From a virus (taxonomy: Duplodnaviria > Caudoviricetes), in IMG/VR virus record IMGVR_UViG_2974647559_000001, positions 1 through 64,000 of that record: DNA of 64,000 bases. One strand, written 5' to 3'. The position numbers and the translations under genes are program-made. The notes beneath the pieces were generated by a model. The model worked only from the letters and a program-made list of their open reading frames with translations, made no database searches and had not been told where the DNA came from. Position 1 is the first letter of the stretch, and every line of letters starts with the position of its first letter. Shown in pieces: positions 1 through 9,463 of this stretch.

Positions 1-1002
1 TTAATTTATAGCTTTTGCATATTTTGTGTAGTCAACTTTACCTGTAAGACCATTATGACTATAATCTACTACACGACTCTCAAAGAAGTTAGTATGTGTT
101 GATCCTGTTAAAATGTAATCAATCCACTCTAAAGGGTTGTCACCTACTTCTGCGGCTGTGATAAGTCCTAATTGGTACAGTCGTAAGTTCCCCAAATAAT
201 CAATAAAAGATTTAGCACTTTCCTTAGTCAAACCCTCCTGATTACTCATGCTGAATACTAAGTCAAAAAACCGCTTTTCAGCAGAACAATACTGATTAGT
301 GGTATCAACTATAAACTTATCTAACTCAAGGTTCTCGACTTCAGACAACTCTTTACGAACTTCATTTAGTACCCGAATATTGAACCTAACATGCTCTTGT
401 TCATCTTTTAGGCTCCATTCGTTGACGGTATTAAAATTCTGCATCAGGCCAAAACGTTTTAGGTTTAGTAAACAAGCAAATGCTCCAAACAGTGCAATAC
501 CTTCACCGAGTAATACAACCGATAAGTGTTTTGCGAAGTTTAACTTATTAGACAAATCACCACAATCCTGTGTCAACAGGTCTATCTTTTCTTGCATTTC
601 TGCATACTGTTTGAACTCACTCCAATCCGAATTAGTGTAGCCGAATGTTTCAGCAGCAAGCGCATAAGCGCGTTGATGAACCACTTCTCTGGCAGCAGAT
701 GCAAACAAGCCTGTGCGTATTTCATTATTCTTTACGTGGGCTAGTAATTTCGCATAACCGCTGCCCACCTGAACATCCATTTCGGTAAAAAGCATAATAA
801 GCTTCTCTAACATAAACTTATTCTGCTCATGTGTAACATTTTTAGTTGTCAGCCCATCCGTGGTTGTATACTGACGAAGGTCATCCTGCATTTCCACTTG
901 ACCTTCATGCCAAACCATATCAACCCTGTGCTTTTTCTCGTATTCAACTGCCCAAGGGTATGTGAACGGACGATATGCTAAATTATCTTTAAAAATACTC
1001 AT
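1..1002 (-). CDS. nrdB: Ribonucleotide reductase class Ia beta subunit
   Basis: Di-iron motifs EVVHQRAY and DEQEH, C-terminal TNFFE; adjacent to nrdA. Confidence 0.95.
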   Translation of the reverse strand: MSIFKDNLAYRPFTYPWAVEYEKKHRVDMVWHEGQVEMQDDLRQYTTTDGLTTKNVTHEQNKFMLEKLIMLFTEMDVQVGSGYAKLLAHVKNNEIRTGLFASAAREVVHQRAYALAAETFGYTNSDWSEFKQYAEMQEKIDLLTQDCGDLSNKLNFAKHLSVVLLGEGIALFGAFACLLNLKRFGLMQNFNTVNEWSLKDEQEHVRFNIRVLNEVRKELSEVENLELDKFIVDTTNQYCSAEKRFFDLVFSMSNQEGLTKESAKSFIDYLGNLRLYQLGLITAAEVGDNPLEWIDYILTGSTHTNFFESRVVDYSHNGLTGKVDYTKYAKAIN

Positions 1003-1020
1003 ACTACTCCTTATGAAACA

Positions 1021-1039
1021 GAGGGCTTTTTAGCCCTCA
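1021..1039 (-). terminator. Hairpin between nrdA and nrdB (weak terminator or processing site)
   Basis: GAGGGC-ttttta-GCCCTC overlapping the nrdA stop. Confidence 0.35.
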
Positions 1040-3882
1040 CAGCTAAGACACTCATTAAACTCAATTTTAGCACGTACCGGTACACTGTTCAATGGTTTGT
1101 CACCACCAGTCCCAAGATTTGCTCTTGTCGCAGGTTTACTACGGCAGTAGTAAAAGGTCTTAACACCACTCAACCAACCTTTAATGTGTATATCAACCAT
1201 CTCTTGTAATGTAATGTCGTTAGGTACAAAAATGTTCAAACTTTGACTTTGGCATACATACTTCTGTCGTGCTGCTGCCAGTTCTACAATCCAAGAAGGA
1301 TTTATTTCTGTCGCTGTCTTAAACACTTTCTTGGCTTCATTATCCAACCAATCTAAGTGCTGTACACTACCTTCGTTCACAATTATGTCTTTCCATACCT
1401 CTGGTGTATTCTTGCCATAAGCATCCAGAACTTTCTCAAGATATTTATTCTTGATTAAGAAGCTACCTGCCCTGCCTTGTGCATTAAACGCATTAGCTGC
1501 CCAAGGTTCTATGGATGGGCTAGTACCCACCATACTACTACTGCTTGCATTTGGTGCGATGGCCAATAAGTGGCTATTCCTCATACCACTACCGTAACAA
1601 TCGTCGCACTCCCCTCGCTCTTTCGCAAGTTGTTTACTAGCCTCTACAGCACGTTCCTTTATTGCGCCGTACAGCCTATGTGTCCATTGTATAGCAGAAT
1701 TAAACCCCCCTGTCTCAAAAGCAATATCTTTGCTTTGTAAGAAAGAGTGCCAACCCAATGTACCTAAACCTATTGCACGTTCTTTACTTGCAGAGTGTAC
1801 CGCACGTTTAAGGTGTGGTGGGGCTAGGCGGATAAAATACTCTAACACGTTATCCAGCAACCTCACCAAGTCTTGCACAATCGTAGTGTCTTTCCATTCC
1901 TCATACTTCTCTAAATTAATAGAAGATAAGCAACACACTGCTGTGCGTTTGTCTGTAGTCCTTAATGTAATTTCAGAACACTGCCCTGTTAGAATACCGT
2001 TGAATACTCCCATACCGCGTTTGCTCTCGGTGAAGCAGTATGTATCATCATAACGACCATCATCCACCACTTCAGTAATCTTAACAAACTGTGTACTTTC
2101 CCTGTTAGGTTTGTGGTCGGTGATTACTAACCGTTTAGGGTTAAAACCTAAAACATGTAAGTTGTTTATACCTGTCTGCCCTATAAGTAACCTGTAAGCT
2201 TGTTTACAGTAAAACATTCCCAACTCGCCGCTACCATCGTTCAAAGGCATCAATCGTTCACCAGCTTCAGTAGATGCTGTTACCTTTGAAGATACACCTA
2301 ACGTCTGTAACATCATTTGCACTTCTTGTAAGAAACCTTGCTCAACACTTCCAACCTGAATGGATTGGGTTTGGCCGTTCCTAGCAATTGTTCCGTCTGA
2401 ATCACACAAACCTTCAAACCACTTGATGCGACTCTCAACATCATAATCTGAACTAGGGACAAAGAACTTATCTTTTAGTAAGTGACTATGACCATACTCA
2501 CGATCTAAGTTGTCTTGCACAGACCAGTTGTGAAAAATGTCACCTAGATACCGCTTCAATTCGCGCTTATCCCCGTACAAATAAATACGTTTACCTTGTT
2601 TTGTTAAGCAACCATCGCCTGAGTAAAAACCGTTAGCATATGGATGTAGCAACGATTCATTCCCTTCAATAACAGGGAAGTCACACTTAATCAGCTTATC
2701 TCCTGCTTTCAATTCATTAGCACGTTTCTCAACAACCCATCGATTACCAGAAGTAGGGTGGCGACAAGCGATGTAAAACTTGTGGTAAGGTGTGCAAGTT
2801 AATTCAAAACCAGCATTGGTTTTAATACTTAGTAATTTCTGGTTCTCACCAGTTTTTACTACAACCGTATCACTCCACTCTTGACCATTCCAAACTGTAA
2901 CTTTTTCACCTTCTAGTTCAGATATAACCTCATAACCATTAGTAGTAAGAATTTTAGTCTCTGGAGCAACACATAAATTACTTTGACTCACACTGTATAG
3001 TGGGTGTGTAATCCAATTTGGAATATTTCGGTTAACTGTGTCTTTGAACATGATATAAGGTTCCCCTGTCTCATATCGAATGTTCATTAATTCTTCCCAC
3101 ACTTCTCTTGCATTTAGAAATCGACCTGTAGCTCCATGTTTGGGATCTATCAGTTCGTAATCTTCCCCGTTTATAACCGACATCATAAACTTATCTGTAA
3201 TGTTTACAGCATTGTTTAAATTAAAACACTTTTTATTACTATCACCACCTACGGGGTTACGCATTTGCATAAAAGCTGCAATTTCTGGGTGGTCAATATC
3301 TAAATATGCTGCCATACTACCTCTGCGAGTGGCAGTCTGCTTATAACTAAGGGTATCAGCATCGTAACCCCTCAAGTGTGCCATAACCCCTGTAGACTTC
3401 TCATCGGGAGATCGATTGGATGCGTACACACCGACACCACCACCCATCATGCTGAGCCAAGCGGCTTCACTACGAGCTTCAACTAGACCTTCTTTTGTAT
3501 CCGGTATATAACTTAAGAAACAACTTATCGGCATACCATCAGGTTCTACATTCTCTTGTAGCCACTCAGAAGCATATTCAAAATTCTCTTTATCAAAAGA
3601 AGGCCATTCCACATTTACGGCATTACTAAGCACTGGGCTTGCAAAAGTAAACCAACCCTTAGAAGCGTAGTCATAAATACGTTGTGCAAAATCATAATCA
3701 CCAAAAGAGAAACATGTTGCTGCCCTAGCGAAACCCTCTTGAGGGGAAGTTTCATGGGATTTCTTGTAGAAGCCTTTTCCTGTTAAAAGAGCAAGTCCTT
3801 GCTCTGGAATAAACTTGTCTCGGCTATAATCAATGATAATACCTAGATACTCTTGTACCGGACTATAATCTTTAGCTACCAA
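1030..3882 (-). CDS. nrdA: Ribonucleotide reductase class Ia alpha subunit, intein-containing precursor
   Basis: ATCF, SCFL, GGGVG, SNL/CSEI, AIAPNASSS, KTFYY and C-terminal CLSCEG motifs. Confidence 0.95.
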   Translation of the reverse strand: MVAKDYSPVQEYLGIIIDYSRDKFIPEQGLALLTGKGFYKKSHETSPQEGFARAATCFSFGDYDFAQRIYDYASKGWFTFASPVLSNAVNVEWPSFDKENFEYASEWLQENVEPDGMPISCFLSYIPDTKEGLVEARSEAAWLSMMGGGVGVYASNRSPDEKSTGVMAHLRGYDADTLSYKQTATRRGSMAAYLDIDHPEIAAFMQMRNPVGGDSNKKCFNLNNAVNITDKFMMSVINGEDYELIDPKHGATGRFLNAREVWEELMNIRYETGEPYIMFKDTVNRNIPNWITHPLYSVSQSNLCVAPETKILTTNGYEVISELEGEKVTVWNGQEWSDTVVVKTGENQKLLSIKTNAGFELTCTPYHKFYIACRHPTSGNRWVVEKRANELKAGDKLIKCDFPVIEGNESLLHPYANGFYSGDGCLTKQGKRIYLYGDKRELKRYLGDIFHNWSVQDNLDREYGHSHLLKDKFFVPSSDYDVESRIKWFEGLCDSDGTIARNGQTQSIQVGSVEQGFLQEVQMMLQTLGVSSKVTASTEAGERLMPLNDGSGELGMFYCKQAYRLLIGQTGINNLHVLGFNPKRLVITDHKPNRESTQFVKITEVVDDGRYDDTYCFTESKRGMGVFNGILTGQCSEITLRTTDKRTAVCCLSSINLEKYEEWKDTTIVQDLVRLLDNVLEYFIRLAPPHLKRAVHSASKERAIGLGTLGWHSFLQSKDIAFETGGFNSAIQWTHRLYGAIKERAVEASKQLAKERGECDDCYGSGMRNSHLLAIAPNASSSSMVGTSPSIEPWAANAFNAQGRAGSFLIKNKYLEKVLDAYGKNTPEVWKDIIVNEGSVQHLDWLDNEAKKVFKTATEINPSWIVELAAARQKYVCQSQSLNIFVPNDITLQEMVDIHIKGWLSGVKTFYYCRSKPATRANLGTGGDKPLNSVPVRAKIEFNECLSCEG
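1981..2973 (-). mobile_element. Intein (331 aa) with LAGLIDADG homing endonuclease in NrdA
   Basis: SNL|CVAPETKIL...GVFNGILTGQ|CSEI; LAGLIDADG-like GFYSGDG and GLCDSDG. Confidence 0.93.
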
Positions 3883-4257
3883 CTACTGACCCTCCATTTG
3901 CTTAATCAGTTCTTCCACACCTTCTTGTGTATACAGAAACTTCTGTAGATTCTTAATACCACTTTTACGCCATACGTTGTCAGTACGTTCAAATCCTACA
4001 TACAACCAACCACCTTTCACTACATCACCTGTAATAGGGCTACGCATTGCTGTACTACTGTCTAATTCTTCTATATCATTCTTACGTGCCACATCTATAC
4101 CGTACAGATACAGCAAGGCTTTTGTTTGGCTATCTGTCAATGCCTTACCTGACTTGTTGAACACTTTAGCAAACAAACTATCTGCAATATCTCCGATATG
4201 TACTGAATAATCGTATGGTAAGAAGTCATCATCGTTAAATTGTTTATGTTTTGTCAT
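3883..4257 (-). CDS. Hypothetical protein
   Basis: 124-aa ORF tightly packed between thyX and nrdA. Confidence 0.75.
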   Translation of the reverse strand: MTKHKQFNDDDFLPYDYSVHIGDIADSLFAKVFNKSGKALTDSQTKALLYLYGIDVARKNDIEELDSSTAMRSPITGDVVKGGWLYVGFERTDNVWRKSGIKNLQKFLYTQEGVEELIKQMEGQ

Positions 4258-4912
4258 TGTTGTTCCCCGTTAAAGCTTTCCAAGATACAGGGAATAGCGG
4301 TGCAATTATACCACCAACCTGTAATGCTAAATCTTGTATCTCTTTTTGTGCGTGACTATCAATACGTAAATTATAAAACCTAGCAAATGCCGCCAAACTT
4401 CCTGTCCAAATCCAATTAACATAGACACCTTGTGGTAGGACTAAACGTGCTTGCTCTGGTGCAACTTTTGCTTTAATCATATCATTATATACAGATATTG
4501 CTTGATTGCATATAATTTCATACATGTTTAACCAGACATGATTAGCAGGGTGTTTACCATCACTACCTTGCTTCTTATTACCACTTGGGGCTAATCGGAA
4601 ACTATCTGGAATAAATAGCTCAGGCTCGGACTCAATATAACGACGACTTTCTTCATTCTCAACAAAACCTTGTTTATGTTTAAAGCATTGTGTACGAATT
4701 GGCACTGGAGCTTTCATTCGTAATTGGATCTGTGGATGCCCAAAAGGAGTCCAATGATTCTCTCTTGCTAAGTATTCAATAATACCTTCATCACTACCTT
4801 TTGGTTTATCTTTACGCCAAGTAAACTCTTTACTCTCTTTCTGGAATGAGACACGGGCTGTGTTAGCCACCATTAAGTCATCACCCATTACACTGATTAA
4901 TTCTGCTTTCAT
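4244..4912 (-). CDS. thyX: FAD-dependent thymidylate synthase
   Basis: HWTPFGH, QCFKHK...NEESRRY, PEQARLVLPQ, HAQKEI. Confidence 0.92.
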   Translation of the reverse strand: MKAELISVMGDDLMVANTARVSFQKESKEFTWRKDKPKGSDEGIIEYLARENHWTPFGHPQIQLRMKAPVPIRTQCFKHKQGFVENEESRRYIESEPELFIPDSFRLAPSGNKKQGSDGKHPANHVWLNMYEIICNQAISVYNDMIKAKVAPEQARLVLPQGVYVNWIWTGSLAAFARFYNLRIDSHAQKEIQDLALQVGGIIAPLFPVSWKALTGNNNDKT

Positions 4913-5049
4913 TTATTCTCCTTTACTACAAATCATAAGCGGGAACATATATTTTAACATATTCCCTTCTCCAATACAATATCTAAACTTTTATTCTTTA
5001 AATGTAGCAATAAACTCTTTTAAGAATTGTACATTCTTACTACCAATTC

Positions 5050-5256
5050 CTACTCCTTTTCTTTCAAGATACTTTTCAAATTTTCAACACAACACTCATC
5101 TGGATAAAACTGACCTGTAATGGTAATCCCACCTTTCAAGGTGAAAGACATTTCCATCGAGATTCGTTCCTCTATGGTGGGGTGTTCATCCGATTGAAAA
5201 CCAACCAAATCAGAGCCACCTACCGATAATTTAACTTTGTTTGGGTCATAATTCAT
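5050..5256 (-). CDS. Small protein whose N-terminus resembles the tail tube protein
   Basis: YDPNKVKLSVGGSDLVGFQSD vs tail tube YDPKKVSLSIGGVNPTGYAPD (11/21 identical). Confidence 0.6.
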   Translation of the reverse strand: MNYDPNKVKLSVGGSDLVGFQSDEHPTIEERISMEMSFTLKGGITITGQFYPDECCVENLKSILKEKE

Positions 5257-5259
5257 TCC

Positions 5260-5508
5260 CTACTCCTTAATCAACTCTTTAAACAAATCTAACCAGAAAA
5301 CCTTATTCTTACAACCCACCTCAACCAACCTAATGTTCTCTGTAGTGATTATTGTGGTCGGTAAACTGCGTATGCGATTCTGTTGTGTCAACTCTGGTTG
5401 TGCATCAATATCAATTATATCGTAATCAATATTAATTTCATTAAATATTTTCTTCAATGTATCACAATTACTGCAAAAACTTGCAGAGTAAAGTTCAACT
5501 TTCATCAT
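5260..5508 (-). CDS. Glutaredoxin/NrdH-like redoxin
   Basis: CSNC motif, RSLPT cis-Pro loop, 82 aa. Confidence 0.85.
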   Translation of the reverse strand: MMKVELYSASFCSNCDTLKKIFNEINIDYDIIDIDAQPELTQQNRIRSLPTTIITTENIRLVEVGCKNKVFWLDLFKELIKE

Positions 5509-6077
5509 TTACCTCCAATAAATCCACTTAATTCTGGTTCTCGGTAAGTGCGGGGGTTCTTCATTATCTTACCATTTCCATCCTTGAACACAATCCACTC
5601 ACCATGACGTTGCCAACCAACCCCTTTGTAACGTCCTTGAGCTTCAATCTCTTTGCAGATAGCGTTTAAATCTTCCCATTCGTGGTCTGACAAATCGCCT
5701 ACACCAGCATAATAGTATTTTGATTCGTTTGATTGTGCTACTTCTTTTAATGCGCCAAATATATCAATACCTGCCATTTTAGCCATACCAACCAAAGTCA
5801 CTATAGAATCTGCGATTCCGTCCGCTAATAGTGTCTTATTCACACATTCATTAAATGCTTCGTTCGTTTCTTCATCAGAAGTGTTATTTGCATCTCGTAT
5901 TAGCTCGGATTTTGCAACAAGTAATGTCTTAAATAATTCACTCTCCTTGCCACCAATAGCTTCAATAACCTCAGACCATTCCTCCAAGTTGTAAGCTGTC
6001 TGCAAGTAGAAGTTCTTAGCTGTGGGGTTAGGGGTTGCAACATCAAACCAATTTTCAATACGTTTGATTGTGTCCAT
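5505..6077 (-). CDS. MazG/PRA-PH-like NTP pyrophosphohydrolase
   Basis: LEEWSE...LADGIADSIVT...EVAQSNESK and DGNGKIMK motifs. Confidence 0.8.
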   Translation of the reverse strand: MDTIKRIENWFDVATPNPTAKNFYLQTAYNLEEWSEVIEAIGGKESELFKTLLVAKSELIRDANNTSDEETNEAFNECVNKTLLADGIADSIVTLVGMAKMAGIDIFGALKEVAQSNESKYYYAGVGDLSDHEWEDLNAICKEIEAQGRYKGVGWQRHGEWIVFKDGNGKIMKNPRTYREPELSGFIGGK

Positions 6078-6091
6078 TTATTTCTCCTTAT

Positions 6092-6235
6092 TTATCTGCC
6101 TTGTAGCATCTTGATAACATCATCTTTTTCAGTAATAATCATATTCAGGTCACGACACAAATCATTCAGCTTGGCAATCTCATCTTCAAGTTCTTCAATA
6201 TAAGTTAGTTTAGCTTGTGTATAGAGTTCTGTCAT
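6092..6235 (-). CDS. Small coiled-coil hypothetical protein (47 aa, not in ORF track)
   Basis: MTELYTQAKLTYIEELEDE...; follows a sigma70 promoter and purine-rich RBS. Confidence 0.6.
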   Translation of the reverse strand: MTELYTQAKLTYIEELEDEIAKLNDLCRDLNMIITEKDDVIKMLQGR

Positions 6236-6268
6236 AATCGTTTACCCTTTCTTTTGTTTGGTATACAA

Positions 6269-6297
6269 ATAGTAGACTTCCCTGTCTGTGCTGTCAA
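6269..6297 (-). promoter_or_regulatory. Sigma70-type promoter
   Basis: TTGACA-17-TACTAT on minus strand. Confidence 0.8.
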
Positions 6298-6314
6298 TAA
6301 CTTTTTAAGCTATT

Positions 6315-6944
6315 TTAAACCTTAGTCCAATCTTTATCAGGGGCATACATCTCACGTAAGCGAGAAGCAACACGTTCGTCAGTTTGTAGGTCTGCTAACA
6401 AACAAGCATACGTGTGTTTTTTAGTTTGCCAAGCAAGATGAGCTTCTAGCTCTGTTGGGAATAACCCTACACGTCTACTGCCACCGAAAGGGTTAGAGCA
6501 TTGAGCTAAATAAGGGTTTTTCTTACTCCTAGGTTCACAACTAACCCCTATCATATAGTCACCCCTCTTATTAATGCTATCTATAATAAAATTGTTAACC
6601 TTTCTAGGTACAAATACTACAGTGTCAGGTGAATAATGTTTGTTACCAACAGATAAAAAGTCCTTATCTGGTTCACAATTTTGCCAATCCTTGTTATGTT
6701 GAGAATCAACCCATTTAATAAAATTAGATAAATACCTCCAATCTTCTGTTACAGTACAACCTTTATAAGTAGGGTTCCTAGCTTGTTTCTTAGGACACAA
6801 GCATCTTTCAAGAATACCTATCCACTTTTGATAGTAAGGACACCTCCACACTACTTTCTGTTTACCATTCACTACTTCAGTTCTATAAACATCATATTCA
6901 GCGTCATTCCTACCCACCCCGTATACTAAACCTTTACGTGCCAT
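6315..6944 (-). CDS. HNH-like free-standing homing endonuclease, paralogue 1
   Basis: YxxWxxxLxRC...PTYKGCTV...WRYLSNF...DKD...YSPDTVVFVP..VN; three more copies in window. Confidence 0.75.
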   Translation of the reverse strand: MARKGLVYGVGRNDAEYDVYRTEVVNGKQKVVWRCPYYQKWIGILERCLCPKKQARNPTYKGCTVTEDWRYLSNFIKWVDSQHNKDWQNCEPDKDFLSVGNKHYSPDTVVFVPRKVNNFIIDSINKRGDYMIGVSCEPRSKKNPYLAQCSNPFGGSRRVGLFPTELEAHLAWQTKKHTYACLLADLQTDERVASRLREMYAPDKDWTKV

Positions 6945-7950
6945 ACCTCTCCTTTAAATATTCCAAGCTAACAAACATAGGGTTGAAGCTGCCATCCTTG
7001 ACATTATGCTGAACCACGATACCACGCCAATGATGATTACCTTGATAACCTTTGTAACCCTCATCATGTTCATAGTAAGCACCTGCAATAATAGCCCACT
7101 GTTGTTTACCCGATGATGGTAAGAAGCGCGTAGCTGTGTCTAAGCACTGCTTATGTCCCATGCAAAAACTTTCACCAACATTCTTAAGGATGTTTAACGC
7201 AGTGCCGCCATATGGTTTACCTGTCATTGGGTTTGCCATGAAGTGTACATAGGCTACGCCGTTTATAACTACTGGTTGCAAATAGTCATAAACTTCCCAA
7301 CCCATCTCTTTATATTTTAAACTATCATAACTCAGAAAGCCATACAATTCTGGATTAGCATTAACATGTCGCTCAATACGCTGCTCATGATTACCAAGGG
7401 TAATAACCATTTTAGGTTTGTACAACACCTTACCATGCTCTACCATTTGTTTTCGTTGTAAGTCGTGCAAAGGTTTGAGTAGTCGGTTCATACCCTCGAT
7501 TGCAGACTCAATGTCTTTGTGGACACGCTTCCCTTCTGCACTACGTTGACCTTTATCATAACTAGATAATGATTCCATGTCAGCATGATCTCCAATGTGG
7601 ACAATCACTTCTGGTTGTTTATCTACAATATATTGACCTAACCAATCCATATATCCTAAGTCAATGTCTGGTTTACATTGAGTGTCAGGTATCATTAAAT
7701 GTGTGACATTCTCGCCTACAGATTTAGCAGTCTGTATGGTGTAATAAGAAACCCCATCTGTAGGCAATACCTTAGCCCCAAGTACCTTATCTAAATCACT
7801 CACAGGGGCTTCCGCAGCGTTTAAATAACGGTTATATGTGTCGTTGACTGTTGATTTGCCGACACTCAATACTTTTGCAATATGACGACTAGAAAAACCT
7901 TCTTGCTTAAGTCGAATCATTTCTAACTGTGTTTCTGTGAAATCACTCAT
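6934..7950 (-). CDS. Calcineurin-like metallophosphoesterase with N-terminal HTH
   Basis: IPDTQ, IGDHAD, LGNHE, GHKQ motifs; SSRHIAKVLSVGKSTV HTH. Confidence 0.8.
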   Translation of the reverse strand: MSDFTETQLEMIRLKQEGFSSRHIAKVLSVGKSTVNDTYNRYLNAAEAPVSDLDKVLGAKVLPTDGVSYYTIQTAKSVGENVTHLMIPDTQCKPDIDLGYMDWLGQYIVDKQPEVIVHIGDHADMESLSSYDKGQRSAEGKRVHKDIESAIEGMNRLLKPLHDLQRKQMVEHGKVLYKPKMVITLGNHEQRIERHVNANPELYGFLSYDSLKYKEMGWEVYDYLQPVVINGVAYVHFMANPMTGKPYGGTALNILKNVGESFCMGHKQCLDTATRFLPSSGKQQWAIIAGAYYEHDEGYKGYQGNHHWRGIVVQHNVKDGSFNPMFVSLEYLKERYGT

Positions 7951-8273
7951 TCTTCATCTCCATCTAATTCTCTAACAATATCATCAAAATCACTATCAGT
8001 GAGTAGTCCAGACATGATATCCCGTTCAATATCAGATATTGTCTCACCGTATTCTTTGATAAACTCAACTAAATCTTTAGCTGATGCACCAGAGCTATCA
8101 CTGAAATTCTTAATCAGATAATAAGCTTGCATTACAGCGAAATATCTAGCTTGCTCACTGAGAAATACAGAACTATTGGGTGGGAATGATTTACCATAAA
8201 TCAATTCACCTTGACCTGTCTCTAATAATTGTTGATATGATGTGATGTTTAAATGGTATACAGGACTCATCAT
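7947..8273 (-). CDS. Hypothetical protein
   Basis: 108-aa ORF with 4-bp overlaps to both neighbours. Confidence 0.7.
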   Translation of the reverse strand: MMSPVYHLNITSYQQLLETGQGELIYGKSFPPNSSVFLSEQARYFAVMQAYYLIKNFSDSSGASAKDLVEFIKEYGETISDIERDIMSGLLTDSDFDDIVRELDGDEE

Positions 8274-8584
8274 ACAGGTCTAGCTCTAAATATCAGTTTT
8301 ACAGTGGGACAATCTTCTGTAAATTGTATTGAAAATGGTTGTAATTCTAACCTAATATTCTCAAATTTAGCAGCGGCGCAAGCCAGATTAGTCGATACAA
8401 TATACCTACTGCCTGCAATCATTTTTACCTTTTCAAAAATTGGGGAGTTGCATAAAAGATTCAATACAAATTGTACTTCTCCACCGTATCTAGAATGAAA
8501 CTCAAGCTTAGTATCTGGTGCCCAACCTGTAACAAATTCATTGTTAATTGTGATACTTTGTTCTTTGATGTCATATAACTTCAT
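8270..8584 (-). CDS. Tail-tube-like paralogue lacking the central hairpin
   Basis: 14/28 ungapped identities to the tail tube N-terminus (TGWAPDTKLEF vs TGYAPDTKIVF); also LLCNS/LLHNS and ELQP/ETQP. Confidence 0.7.
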   Translation of the reverse strand: MKLYDIKEQSITINNEFVTGWAPDTKLEFHSRYGGEVQFVLNLLCNSPIFEKVKMIAGSRYIVSTNLACAAAKFENIRLELQPFSIQFTEDCPTVKLIFRARPV

Positions 8585-8861
8585 TTATTTTCTCCTTGTT
8601 GTTTAAAATATTCGACAAGCTGCTCTCTACGCCCTTTGGAGTTGGATCTGAAGGTGACTGGTTTGATTTACACAACAACAATTCGTGTGTTATTTGGGCA
8701 AACTCACTCACCAATTCCCCATGTGCTTGTTGTAGTGTCATTTCACCAAACCTTAACCTAGCTAATACATGACCAATATTGTCTAACTGCGAACCACTAT
8801 AGAAAGGTTCTGAAATGCAACCACAACTAATAGTCTTGTCTTTTGGATTATAAATAATCAT
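8571..8861 (-). CDS. Hypothetical protein
   Basis: 96-aa ORF in operon, overlaps neighbours. Confidence 0.65.
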   Translation of the reverse strand: MIIYNPKDKTISCGCISEPFYSGSQLDNIGHVLARLRFGEMTLQQAHGELVSEFAQITHELLLCKSNQSPSDPTPKGVESSLSNILNNKEKINEVI

Positions 8862-9463
8862 TTGTTTTCCTCTTGAATTAGTCTAATGAAACATTGCCGC
8901 CTGTCTGTTTCGTTTCCAATGTCTTTGACTTTAAAACCTTTTGATAGTAAGTATTTCTTCTGCCTCGCTGCAACACCTTTACCTTTCCCACCAACATTAT
9001 TCTCCAGTTTAATAGCTTTCTTAATCAACACAGCTTCATCCCAAGATAAGTTATTATCTTCTAGGTAGGTCTTAACCTTGTGGTCTTCAACACAAAGAAT
9101 CTGCAATCCTGTGATCGGAACATTCAACATGTTTTCACAGTAGTTTTCAAAATCAGATAACTTGGTAAAACTGTGACCACCAGATATATGGTCTACATTG
9201 ATATCGTCCAACTTGAACAACTCCCCACATATTGCACACTTCCATAACCACTTAGTTCTGGTTGCTGGGTTCATGTCTGGTATTCGTGTCTGTTCTAAGA
9301 AAGCAAGTTTTTGTGGTGACGACATCCATGTTTTTCTCAAAGATGAACGAATCATATCTAATAACTTTTTCTCTTTGATTCTGCCATCAGAGTCTAAGTG
9401 TTTTAGGTGTTTCTCTAACTCAGCTTCCTTTTTATCTATATCAGCTTTAGATGGTACTGTCAT
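8858..9463 (-). CDS. HNH endonuclease with zinc-binding motif
   Basis: CAIC...VDHI...LQILCVEDHKVKT. Confidence 0.75.
   Translation of the reverse strand: MTVPSKADIDKKEAELEKHLKHLDSDGRIKEKKLLDMIRSSLRKTWMSSPQKLAFLEQTRIPDMNPATRTKWLWKCAICGELFKLDDINVDHISGGHSFTKLSDFENYCENMLNVPITGLQILCVEDHKVKTYLEDNNLSWDEAVLIKKAIKLENNVGGKGKGVAARQKKYLLSKGFKVKDIGNETDRRQCFIRLIQEENK

Noticed and set aside
8571-8861. Third tail-tube mimic (YNPKDKTISCG)
   Set aside because: Only 5/11 identities and no further similarity; may be chance.
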